In this document: positions 24,114 to 36,105 of the stretch, in pieces
Layout: each line of letters starts with the position of its first letter
Position numbering within the stretch: the stretch's first letter is position 1
DNA from: Octopus vulgaris
Lineage: Eukaryota
Length of the DNA stretch: 64,000 bases
Direction: 5' to 3'
Assembly (NCBI GenBank): GCA_951406725.2
Contig: OX597818.1
Span: 15,376,001 to 15,440,000 of the forward strand
Position numbers and translations under genes: made by a program
The notes under the pieces: generated by a model
Database searches by the model: none
What the model saw: only the letters and a program-made list of their open reading frames with translations
What the model was told of the DNA's origin: nothing

Positions 24114-25289
24114 GCACAGATATACATATCTGTCTACATATCTCCAACCTTGCATTCTGGCTCCCACATGACGACTCCCATACAATTGTAGTGAATAATA
24201 AATAAATGTCCATCTGTACTCTTTCTTGACTCAATTTCTTCAATTTTACATTTCACTCATGATAAATGCCCAAACTTAACCTTGGAAGTATATACTAATA
24301 CTACCAATAGTATTAGATAATTCTAAAGGTGGACGACCTTTATACTGTACTCTACCATGTTCCTATAGAAATATAACATAGCTCTCTCTCTCACTATAAA
24401 CATATATATATATAGTCTTTTATGTGTTTCAGTCATTTGGCAGCAGTCATGCTGGAGCACCACCTTGAAGGGTTTTAGTCAAACAAATCAACTCCAGGGC
24501 TTATCTCTTAAGCTTAGTACTTATTTTATTGGAGCATTTAGCTGAAGCACTAAGTTACAGGGATGTAAACACATCAACGGTGATAGGAGGAGAAACACAA
24601 ATACAAAGACACACACAAACATAGATACATGTATATACGACAGGCTTCTTTTAGTTTCCATCTACCAAATCCACTCACAAGGCTTTGGTTGACCCGAGGT
24701 TATAGAAGAAGATGCTTGCCCAAAGTGCCATGCAGTGGGACTGAACTTGGAACCATGTGGCCAGGAAGTAAACTTACCACACAGAAATAGATAGATAGAT
24801 AGGGGGGGGGAGCGACAGACAGATAGATGAATAGATAGACAGACAGGTAGGCAGACAGGCAGGCAGACAGACAGACAGACAGACAGATAGATAGATATCC
24901 ATCCATCTTGTATGAATAAGTAACACCAACTCAAACTGCTTGGCCATGTTGCTTGATTTTCTTAGACCCTGCTGTTCCCTTCGTTGAGGATCCAACAGGA
25001 TTGATAGCTTATGCTGGTCAACCAAATGCCATATGGTCATGGCAGATGAGCAGGTGTCTCATATAGATGGGGACTGATAGGAACTCTCCTTAATGGGTCG
25101 TCTAGGGGAACCCAGGAATATAACGACAAATGATGAATGTAGCATCATGTTGCAACTGTGCATGCCCTCACACCTGAGCAATCCATCCATCTTCTTTGCC
25201 ACTATACCTGGGAGGGTTGTGAACATAGAGTCTTCAAGCAACTCCACCATAGGGTCCTATCTGAAGCAACTGTTATTACATTTACCAGT

Positions 25290-25625
25290 TGGATTCCTTA
25301 GCATGACCAACTAAGACTGCGAATATTATCCAGCTGTCTTGTTCTTGATCTACTCCTAGGTCTCCTCCTGGTTAACTCAGCTTGAAGAATCTATTTGACA
25401 ATTCTTTCTAGTAGCATTCTAATCAGATGTTCATAGAACCAGAGCTGTGACCTCTCAATGAGGGAAGTTGTGGCTTGACCTAAAAAGACACCCTAATATC
25501 TGAGCTACCCACCCTGCTGAGTAATTTTGCTCCAGAGATCTTTCAGAGGAATTGCCTTTCAGCCACTTGTAGTACTCCTTCAGCCATTACCCAACATTCA
25601 TGACCACATACTAGGGTGGGTATGA
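25290..25625 (-). mobile_element. Degenerate RTE-like LINE reverse-transcriptase C-terminal fragment
   Basis: Minus strand reads like SQLWFYEHLIRM...TRRRPRSRSRTRQLDNI, resembling the RTE LRWxGHxxRM...RGRPR region. Confidence 0.5.
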
Positions 25626-25844
25626 AAATCTAATTAAAGTTAACAAGTTAGGTATTTTTGCCAACCCCTTCTCTTCTGAAGATTAAAGTTTGAAGCTAGC
25701 ACATTACTGTGCCAGCACCTGCAATTCTGGTACCCATTTCAGCTTTTTACTGTATGTATTTGTATATACATATGTGTGTGTGTGTGCATGTGTGTGTATA
25801 GATAGATAGATAGAAATACACATACAAATATTATAAAAATAATA

Positions 25845-25914
<70 letters not shown>

Positions 25915-26526
25915 CAATTCATAAATAAGGGCAAACAAAAAGATTGGACATTAAGTATCTCATTTATTTCTTTTGCCACATGTATCACTGACTAAGGGAG
26001 GGCTGTTATAAGCTAACCCTGAAATCGGTCCGATATGGTAATAATGGAATTTTTTAGAAATTTCTGTCCAACTTTTTTCGAGTAGTGTGCATATTGTGAA
26101 AAAATTATATGGTTAATGAACAATATGTCCAATTTTTCGGCATATTTGGCATTAGAAATTTTTTCCTTTGCCCTTATTTATGAATTGTTTATAATTTTAA
26201 CCTTTAAAGGTATTTTTTAATATGCTGGCCATTGATAAAATTTTTTTCGAAAAAATTTATCCTACATTAGATATATATATATATATATATATATGCTTCA
26301 CTGTAGTTTCCACCCAGCAAATCCCACTCACAAGTTGTTGGTCAACTAAATGTGAAACTTTCTCAATGTTCCACACACAAAGAGATCAAACCCAAATATC
26401 ACAAAGCTGCAAAAGAAACTTTTTAATCATGCGGTCTTGCCTGATGCTTTAATTAAATGTTTGTATGTGAAGAGGTCATTAAGTAACATAAAATGGTATA
26501 AGTATTTAAGTAGCATGTGTTATTGA

Positions 26527-26557
<31 letters not shown>

Positions 26558-27397
26558 GTTGCATGTTCTTAATGTAATTATGTAATTATATATATATAGT
26601 TGCATGTTCTTAATGTAATTATGTAATTATTGTGAATGACTAATTAAATATTTTGTTTTAATAAAATGATGCATTCAGGCATTTTATAATGGCCTAAAAA
26701 ACTTTTTAGTTAACAACACTGCTGCATTTGGCTTGATTAAGCTTTAAATTTGTTTATAATAACTAATTTTGAAAAATTGAAATACTTTAAATATTAGAAA
26801 ACCATCAACTGTGAAAGAAGAGAATTCTTACTGTTGATTGAGGAGGGAAAGTTACTTCTAAGGAGTGGTCAACAAAACGAAAAATGCTTTATTACAAGTC
26901 TGTTCATCTCTTTTCCCACAATTCAAAAATAGAGAAGGAATGTATTTACATTCTTATAATTTTCCATGACAACTACAGGTTTTCTAATATTTGAATTTAT
27001 TTCAGCCTTTCTGATTCACACTTTGTTGTGCCTTATGTGCCTAAAATATGTTATTTAATAATGAGCATTCTAACACATAACTATGCAAATTAAGCTATCT
27101 CCTACTAATAGCTTAATGCATGACTGCTTTATATAACAGATGAATATTCTATACTATTAATTGTAGAAGGAAGTTGACTATATCTTCTTTGGGGGTGGTC
27201 AACATATTTTGATATATCAAGTATCCCGAATCCCTTTTCCTCACACATCAAAAGCATAAAATGTATGCATTTATGTTCTTATAATTTCTTATCACAACAA
27301 AAGCTTTACTAAAATTTCAATTTATTCTACTCCTTTTGATTAACCCTGTGTTGTACATAAAATGCCTATTTAATTTTTCTGCATTATTTCTTTCTAG

Positions 27398-27447
27398 TGA
27401 CAGTACAAAGTTATCCAGTGTAAAGTACATTAGGGATTTCAACAAAG
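27398..27447 (+). CDS. IgSF receptor cytoplasmic microexon B1 (50 nt, SDSTKLSSVKYIRDFNK)
   Basis: ttctttctag acceptor; AAG|gtaagg donor; phase 2->1, open in the required frame; same length as B3 and B4. Confidence 0.78.
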
Positions 27448-28500
27448 GTAAGGGTACATTCCTTCATTCATAACTAAATATTGAATGAGTCAATTAGGGA
27501 GCATTTAAATGCTTACTAGGCCTAAAAGAAACTGCATCTAAATTTGTATCAAATCATATAATATTGTCTTGAGGAAAAAAAAGGTGGAGGGACTGTATAT
27601 TAGAAAATGTAATTCTAGATAAATTATGCCAGAAAAAGAAAAACAGAACAGATGATTAAGAGTAAAATATTTTTGATCCTAGGTCTGACTGCGTAGACCT
27701 GCAAGTTAATAAAACACCACTACCGTCACCAACACCAACAACAACAACAACTAATATTGAATTTTCTTGAGTAACGTCAGCTGGTTTAGCTTTCTCAAAT
27801 TTGATCACAGCAGCCATTATGATCCTGAATAGTATTGAGTAGATCGGTCGTTTAACATCCTGAATCTATAAGCTCTATTTACTATCTATCTTTTACCGTT
27901 CACCTGTTTTGGCCATTTGACTGTGGCCATGCTAGAGCACTACCTTGAAGGATTTTAATAAAACTTATCAACCACAGTACTTATTATTATTTAGTAAAGC
28001 TCGATACTTATTCTATCGATCTCTTTCGCTGATCCACTATGTTATGGGAACATAAACACACCAATACTAGCTGTCACATGGGGTGGATAAACTCAGACAC
28101 AAAGACACACACACACAAACACGCACACATACGATGGGCTTCTTTCAGTTTCTATCTACCAAATCTACTCACAAGGCTTTGGTCACCCCAAGGCTATAGC
28201 AGAAGACACTTGGCCAAGGTGCACACAGTGGGACTGAACCCAGAATGATGTGGTTGGGAAACAAGCTTCTTACCACAGAGCCATGCCTGTGCTATATTCA
28301 AGAAAGATTAATAATGTCATTGACTCAGTTGTAAACTGCTTCAATGAAAATTAACTCTGTAGTTTTTCCCAATCAAATAATTAAGCTTCAATCCCACTAC
28401 ATTGCACCTTGGTCAAGAATCTTCTACTATATCCCTTGACTGACCAAAGCATTGTGAGTGGATTTGGTAGAAAGAAACTAAAAGAAACCCATCATATATA

Positions 28501-29211
28501 CAGAGTGGCCCACGAAAAAGTAACCCAGGTCCCGCAGCATAGTGCAAATACAGAAATATATATGCACACCTAAAAAAGCACCTGACCTTTTATTTGCAAG
28601 TGTTATTGTGTTATTTCAGTTGCTTCTAACTGCTCTCCACAAGCCATGTGCAGTTATTTACTTATTTGCTCTTGTCATCCACTTTTAATTACTGTACATG
28701 TGTGAAATGGCAGAGCTTCAACTTTAGACATGTGAAATGACATGGCTTCAAATTTAGACTTTTCAACACTTATTGGCATGATCTGCTTATGTGAGACTGT
28801 TGTGCCAATTTATGTGTTCTTTTCTTTGGGCTTTTAATAATCCTTTGGTGAATGTCCTTAATAATTTCCTGCATTCAAACTGTAGGATCTCTTTTTTTGA
28901 GGCATTGTTCACTGACCCTGTTGTGTACCACTTCTTAACCAACATTTTATTCTCTTTGCTTGTAAGCCTTTATCCAGAACCTGTTTTCACAGATGCTTCC
29001 ACGATCTTCAGTCTTTCTGCTGTTGAGTATGTGATCTTGCAGAAGAGGTTAGAGGCTTTCACTCAGTGCAATCTTACAATTAACCAATCTGGTGAGGATA
29101 ATACAGCAAGCAGTCAACTAGTGCACCATCTTTGTTCAACAATTACAAGCCATCAAAATAATTGAATGACACTTCCAAACAAAAGGCTGGGTGCTTTTTT
29201 TTGTGCCAGTG
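28501..29211. mobile_element. Highly degenerate Tc1/mariner-type element
   Basis: TA-cagagtggcccacgaaaaagtaaccc at the left end and an imperfect inverse (gggtgcttttttttgtgccagtg) at the right end. Confidence 0.45.
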
Positions 29212-29844
29212 ATATTTAGTTAAGGTTCTTTATAGTTTGAGTTCCAATTTCGCTGAGATTTAACATTTCTGTGGTCAAAAAAATAAAGCATGAGTACTAG
29301 AGTCAATTTTATTTTAATGCTTTCTGCTGTGGACTCAAGGCCTGTAATTTTAATGGGATGGTTAGTGAACTACATCGCCCCCAGTGCTTGACTGGAATAA
29401 TATTTTATTAAACCCAAAAGGACGAACGGCAAAGTCAACCTCGGTAGTATTTGAACTCGGAATATAAACCCATAAAAAATGTTATTAAGAATTTTATCCA
29501 GCATGCTAATTATTCTGCTGGCTCATCACATTGAATTGATTTATTTAACTCTTTAACATTTAATCTGGCTATATCCAACCCAAATAACCTACTTGCTTTA
29601 TGTTCAAACAGATCATGCTCTACTTCTCACATTTACCCTATGATATCAGTGCAAAATTAATGATTATATCACTGAAATTTCAAATCCATGAGATAATGCA
29701 TAATTAATTTGAAGCAATGTGAATAAATAAACATTATATTTGACTGAAGAAGCCAAATACTAAAGAGTTAATGAATCTTAAAAGTAAATGGAATACTCTC
29801 ACAGGCAGTATCCTAATATGGCCATAGACAAATGTGGAAAACTA

Positions 29845-31136
29845 TGAGGGGCGTTCAATAAGTAATGCCCCTGACCCACTTCCCATAGCAGTAGAGCAAC
29901 AAAACTTGGCGTAGTTATTAGTCTTTTTCTACATAGGAACCACCCAGAGTTACACATTTCTCCCATTGTTTGATGCAGCTCTGGAGACCATTTTTGTAGA
30001 AGACCCCAGCCTGGTCTACCTACCACGACGTGACTTCAGAAATCAAGGCTGCATCATCTGGGAAACGTTTTCCTTTCAAAAACAACTTCATGGCTGGGAA
30101 GAGGTGAAAATCAGAGGGTGCAAGGTCAGGAGAGTAGGGAGGATGGGGGAGAGTTCATAGCCGCACGCCTGTGCTTCTGATCTGGCGACACGCGAGTTGT
30201 GGACCGGAGCATTGTCCTGCAGGAGGAGGATGCCTTTGCTGATCTTGCCCCGCCTCTTGATTTTGATAGCTTCTCTTAATTTCCTCAAAAGTGAAGCATA
30301 ATAGGCTCCTGTAATTGTGGTACCCTTTGTCAGGAAATCTGTCATCACTACTCCGTCCTGGTCCCAGAAGACTGTGAGCATGACCTTGCCAGTGGAGGCC
30401 TGCACCCTTGCCTTCTTTGGAGGAGGTGAGTCGTGGTGCTTCCACTGCATTGACTGGGCTTTGGTCTCTGGATCATAGTGATGGACCCAGGTTTCATCCT
30501 GTGTAATCAGTCTTTTGAAAAATTTTGACTCATCTTCTTGGCACATCTCCAAATTCATCCTCAAGCACTCGACACGTTCTTGCTTCTGGAAAGGTGTGAG
30601 CAACGTGGGAATCCATCTGGCAGGCACCTTTTGCATATGCAATTGGTCATGAATGATAGTTTCCACAGACCCGGTACTAATCTTGACCTCATGGGCTATT
30701 TGGTGAATAGTTATGCGTCGATCTTCCAAAATGGCAGCCTCAACTTGATGGACAGATGCCTCATCAATAGCAGAAGTGGGGCGACCAGATCTGGGAGCTG
30801 TTTCCACAGAGTTCCGACCATGTTTGAATTCACGATGCCAGCGTTTTACAAGGTTATATGATGGGGCATCATCACCACAAATTACTTTCATTTCATCAAA
30901 AGTCTCCCGTGGTGTGCGTCCTTTCAAATACAAAAACCGGATCATTGCTCGACATTCAACAGGCTCCATTTCACACTTGACTCAGTTCAAACACCTGCAA
31001 ATCAGAGACCACAATTAGTTCCGAGCTGTAATTTGCCACTTAAGTTATAGAGATATTGATAATTGCACATGCAAAATTTCAGCTATATCAAACAATTGCA
31101 AATGGGTCAGGAGCATTACTTTTTGAACGCCCCTCA
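29845..31136 (-). mobile_element. Full-length mariner (DD34D, irritans-like) with ~36-bp TIRs and TA target duplication
   Basis: TIRs tgaggggcgttcaataagtaatgcccctgaccca / tgggtcaggagcattactttttgaacgcccctca, 1292 bp in total. Confidence 0.97.
29918..30969 (-). pseudogene. Mariner transposase with a 1-nt frameshift (~30150) and one premature TAG
   Basis: WIPTLL, TQDETW and QDNAPVH in ORF 30088-30969. After the frameshift the sequence reads HPPYSPDLAPSDFHLF...W*VDQ...QWEKCVTLGGSYVEKD*. Confidence 0.95.
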
Positions 31137-32077
31137 TAGTTAAAAACTAAAAATGATAAAAGAATTCTCATCAAAAGCTTATCATTGATATTGTGCACCA
31201 ATTAATAATAGGGCATATTATGTCAGGAAGTAGGAGTGGAATGTGGTTTGTTTGTAGAGTCCAATAAAATAAAATAAGTGGAGTTATTTGACTGTACAAT
31301 AATAGGCATGTCATGCTTGTTGGATCAGTTTTCTTTATTGATATAATGACATAAATGGCAGTATTCTTCCTTCTGTGAGAAATAAACTCCTTTGGTTCTC
31401 AGAGGGCATTTTCCAAAGGGAAGAGTATTCTTAGCCATTATTCAGACACGTACATACATAAATATGTACATACATACACATGTGCACATGCACACACATA
31501 TTAATGACCTGTATTTCATTATGCAACCATTATATGCTACAAAGCATGTTAAACATTTTTATGAGTCAAAACTATTATGGCCACAGTGCTATTACATCAC
31601 TTGTTAAAGTGGTTAAATATGGCAAATACATCCATTACCCATTTTTCATCTTCAATCTTACTGGTGTTTACATCAGGCATCTTGGATATGAAATGTCATA
31701 ACAGAATCAGTAATTGGTATAATTTCTATGGAAAAATCTATAGACATAACCTTAACAAGTGACATATATTGGGTCATCTTATAAATAATGTGGTTTTTTT
31801 CAATTGCATTAAATAAAGTCGGAGGGGAACAGAATAAGCTGCCTGCATCAACTTCCTATAAAAGCAGGTAGTAATTTTACCTTATATTTATTCTTAGTGC
31901 AAGTTTTGAAGAGTGCAGTTTTTATTTATCTAAGCCTTATCTAACTTTATTTATAATATAAATAAAGTTAGATAAGGCTGGTTTATGGGATTACCCAGTG
32001 TTTCACATCCATAAATTGTTTAACTTTATAGCATACCATCAGATCCCAAAACCTTTTGGCTTAATGCCTCGTTAGTA

Positions 32078-32383
32078 TTATTACGTGTGGGCGTGGTTGA
32101 GCAAGAGACTAACAAAACTCCTTGTAACACCAAAGATGAACTGAGAGCAAGGATTATGGCAGCATTCACCAGTTTCAACACGGAGACCGTCCAGAAGACT
32201 TGTAGGAGATTCTGAAGTTGACTGGAGGCCGTGGTTGAAGCTGATAGTGATTTTATTTACAAAATTTCAAGATATTTTATGTAATTTTGGTAAATATATC
32301 TGTTGAGTAAATATATATCTAAATGAGATGTCAGTGTTATTTTTATTTTGGGTTTTTTAGACAACAGTTTATTCACTGCACCC

Positions 32384-32386
<3 letters not shown>
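32078..32386 (+). mobile_element. 3' end of maT-like transposon (same family as 7988-9510)
   Basis: YYVWGVVEQETNKTPCNTKDELRARI...LEAVVEAD, then TIR gtttattcactgcaccctg. Confidence 0.8.
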
Positions 32387-32428
<42 letters not shown>

Positions 32429-32731
32429 TATGGGCTTCAGTATAGTTTCCTTCAAACAAATTACACTCACAAGTCAACTCTATGTTGAGGTAGAAGGCAC
32501 ATGCTCAATATGGCATGTGGTGGGTTGAAACTGATACATCAGGCTGCAAAGGTAATTCTTAATCACACAGCTGTACCTGTATCACATGACCAATGCCTTG
32601 CACCATCCCCAAATTATATACATCAGTTATATAAACAGGTAGAAATAATCAAATATGTTTTCACTATGTTAATCTTGATTCAAATTAATCTTGAACACAT
32701 GCTAACACTCACTAATATTTTTCTTTTGCAG

Positions 32732-32756
32732 ACGAATTTATCTCGGAAAATGACGA
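32732..32756 (+). CDS. IgSF receptor cytoplasmic microexon A2 (25 nt, DEFISEND)
   Basis: ctaat branch-like site, ttcttttgcag acceptor, GA|gtaaga donor; phase 1->2. Confidence 0.82.
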
Positions 32757-32793
32757 GTAAGATATTAAATATATTTTGTAAATTATATTTGTT

Positions 32794-32872
<79 letters not shown>

Positions 32873-33919
32873 CTGTGTGTTATATGATTTATTTCTCTAA
32901 TGTAGGTATGAAAAGGTTTAATTTTCTAATGCATATAAATATAAATATATATGTACATTTATGCATATATATATACACATATTCAGCAAAATTTAGATTC
33001 AGAAATTTAGTTCAGCAAAATTTAGATTCAGATGAATATGGTACTTAAGTTAAAGGCACCAGAATTTTGTATGGTATTATTCATATAAATCAAATGGGGT
33101 GACTATAATCAAAATAAGCAATAAGGATATCCAAGGTAGAGTAGTACAATTGTTTCATGCTGCTTCATTTTATTAAACACTGTAAGTATTACATCAGTTT
33201 TAATATGCCGAGCAATCTTCAGCCACATATAGAATTTTCCAATTAAAGGGACAATGCATATTCTTATCCCTATTTCATTTGCCAACATTATAAAGAGGGT
33301 AGATATATAGAACATGATAGTAGTATGTTCCTGTAGATTTTATCATTGAGTTCACTTTGTTATTTAGATCTATCAGTGGGGAGGGTTTTTTTTTATTCTT
33401 GGTTGAATGGAGACAAACAAGAATTTTTTCTATTTATAGATAGAGGAAGGGGTAGGTAGTACAATTGTCAAAACCAGAAACCCATCCTCATTTTGAGGAA
33501 TTCAGTTTAGATATATTTGAATGTATTAAAGCAAAAAGCTAGTAGGCTGAAGTTAGTGGGGTAGGGGGAATATATAATGCACACACACACACACACACAC
33601 ATATATTGATAAAAAAGGTCTCCAGAATTTTGTGAAAAAATTTTTTATTTATTCATTATTATTAGCACTTTCGTTCATTTTTCAAACTTGTGAAATAAGA
33701 TTGTGAAGGTGCAAACTGAATGTTCATTTATATAAAACGTTTTTGTTTTGATTTGTTTAGAAGAGGAGAACATTGTTTTCATTTTGTTTTGTTTTCTTTG
33801 GGTGAGGTTCCAGGACAATGGAGATAGATAGATAGATAGAGAGATGGATGGATGGATGGATGGATGGAGAGAGAGAGAGAGAGAGATGGATGGATGGATG
33901 GATAGAGAGAGAGAGAGAG

Positions 33920-33971
<52 letters not shown>

Positions 33972-34918
33972 GGATGGATGGACAGACAGTAAGATAGGTA
34001 GAGAGAGGGAGGAGGGAGGGATGGCACTTCAATTTGACTTCTATTGACCATTTATTTATTTAGCCAAGCACTTTATTTCACGTTGCTCCAGTTCACTCAG
34101 CTGTAGAAATGAGTTGCGATGTCACTGGTGCCAAGCTGTATCGACCTTTGTCTTTCCCTTGGATAACACTGGTGGCATGGAGAGGGGAGGCTAGCTGGCA
34201 GAAGCGTTAGCACACCGGGCGAAATGCTTTGCGGTATTTCGTCTGCCGTTACGTTCTGAGTTCAAATTCCGCTGAGGTTGACTTTGCCTTTCATCCTTTC
34301 GGGGTCGATAAATTAAGCACCAGTTACGCACTGGGGTCGATGTAATCGACTTAATACCTATGTCTGTCCTTGTTTGTCCCCTCTATGTTTAGCCCCTTGT
34401 GGGTAGTAAAGAAATAGGTATGCATGGGCGACTGCTGGTCTTCCATAATCAACCTTGCCAGGACTTGTGTCTAGGAGGGTAACTTTCTAGGTGCAATCCC
34501 ATGGTCATTCATGACCGAAGGGGGTCTTTACCATTTACCATTGTATTGACATAGGCCAAGCATGCTGACCTCTCCAAGATATCAGTTCTAGGATGGAGAA
34601 AATAATGAGAAAAGGATGAGGTGTGGTCATCAATGAAAGCATTTTTGTTTTTTGTCTTTTTCTTAAGGTGCCAGAAGAAAAAGAACAAAGCAAAAATGCT
34701 TTTAGTGATGACCACACCTCATTATTTTGACTGAATAAATAAATAAATAATGACTAAATAAATAAATAAATAAATTGTGAATACATGTAAAATTGAAGTG
34801 GCATCCCTCCCTCCTCCCCTTCTCTATCTATCCATCTGTCTGTCTATCTCTCTCTCTCTCTCTCTATCTATCTATCCATCTATTTATCTATCTATTTGTC
34901 TGTCTGTCTGTCTATCTG

Positions 34919-34985
<67 letters not shown>

Positions 34986-35156
34986 AGCTACCTATCTATA
35001 ATAATAAAGCATATTACTCTACCTCTGGTATTCAATGGTATTCAAGTATTATTTTACTCCACCTTGTTTCACATTTATTTGCTTACTGTGGTATATATAT
35101 AATATGAATTAGAGATAAAACCACTATTATGCAACTCAAACAGCTATACTCCCTAA

Positions 35157-35204
<48 letters not shown>

Positions 35205-35662
35205 CATACATATATATGTATCTACGTATGTGTGAAGATACATGGTTCAGTGGTTAGGGCATTGGATCACAATCATGATGTAGTGAGTTCAATTCCTGGA
35301 CCAGGCTGTGTGTTTTGTTTTTGTGCAAGACACTTTATTTCACATTGCTCCAGTTCACTCAGCTGTAGAAATGAGTTGCGATGTCACTAGCCTCACTAGT
35401 CCCTTTCCCTTGGATAACATCGGTGTCATGGAGAGGGGAGGGTGGTATGCATGGGCAACTGCTGGTCTTCCATAAACAACCTTACGCAGACTTGTGCCTC
35501 AGAAGGGAACTTGCTAGGTCCAATCCCATGGTCATTCATTACCAAAGGAGGTCTTTACTTTTACATGTATGTATGTATATATGTATAGTTTACTATTTCA
35601 TTATTCATAGGATCAACAAAACATGTACTCTATCAAATGAAAGATTAATGTCTTTTAATGTA

Positions 35663-35871
35663 TGCAGAATTTAAATAAGAACTACCAATAGTATCACGCC
35701 ACGGAGACATGATACTTTGGCAGATTTATATAACGTGCCTTGTCTATCCCTCCAAGCAATCACTTAGGCTGAAAGATTGCTTGCAGGCACAAGGCACATT
35801 ATATAAATCTGCTGAATTATCATGTCACTATGGTATGAAGCTATTAATAGCTCTTATTTAAATATTTTGCA
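35663..35871. repeat. Fold-back (MITE-like) element with ~95-bp arms
   Basis: atttaaataaga...gcagatttatataacgtgccttgt...caagcaatc pairs with gattgcttg...acaaggcacattatataaatctgc...tcttatttaaat. Confidence 0.85.
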
Positions 35872-36067
35872 CATGAAATAACATGTGTGTATGAGTGTGC
35901 GTATTTATGTATATTAATGCAGAGAGGGAGAAAGAGAGAAAATATTAATGAAGAGATGATGATGAGAATTATGGTGATAGAGGTTGAAACACATGTGCAT
36001 ACATACACACACACACACACATGTGCACATCCAACACTTACTAAATACTATTTTCTTTCTTTTTCAG

Positions 36068-36105
36068 ACCTATATATGCAGAAATTGGCTACATAGATAT
36101 GGACA
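36068..36105 (+). CDS. IgSF receptor cytoplasmic microexon B2 (38 nt, EPIYAEIGYIDMD)
   Basis: ttttctttctttttcag acceptor; A|gtaagt donor; phase 2->1. The junction codon GA|A encodes Glu. Confidence 0.88.

Noticed and set aside
26549-26630. Exact 41-bp tandem duplication
   Set aside because: A slippage product anchored on (TA)n, with no functional signal.
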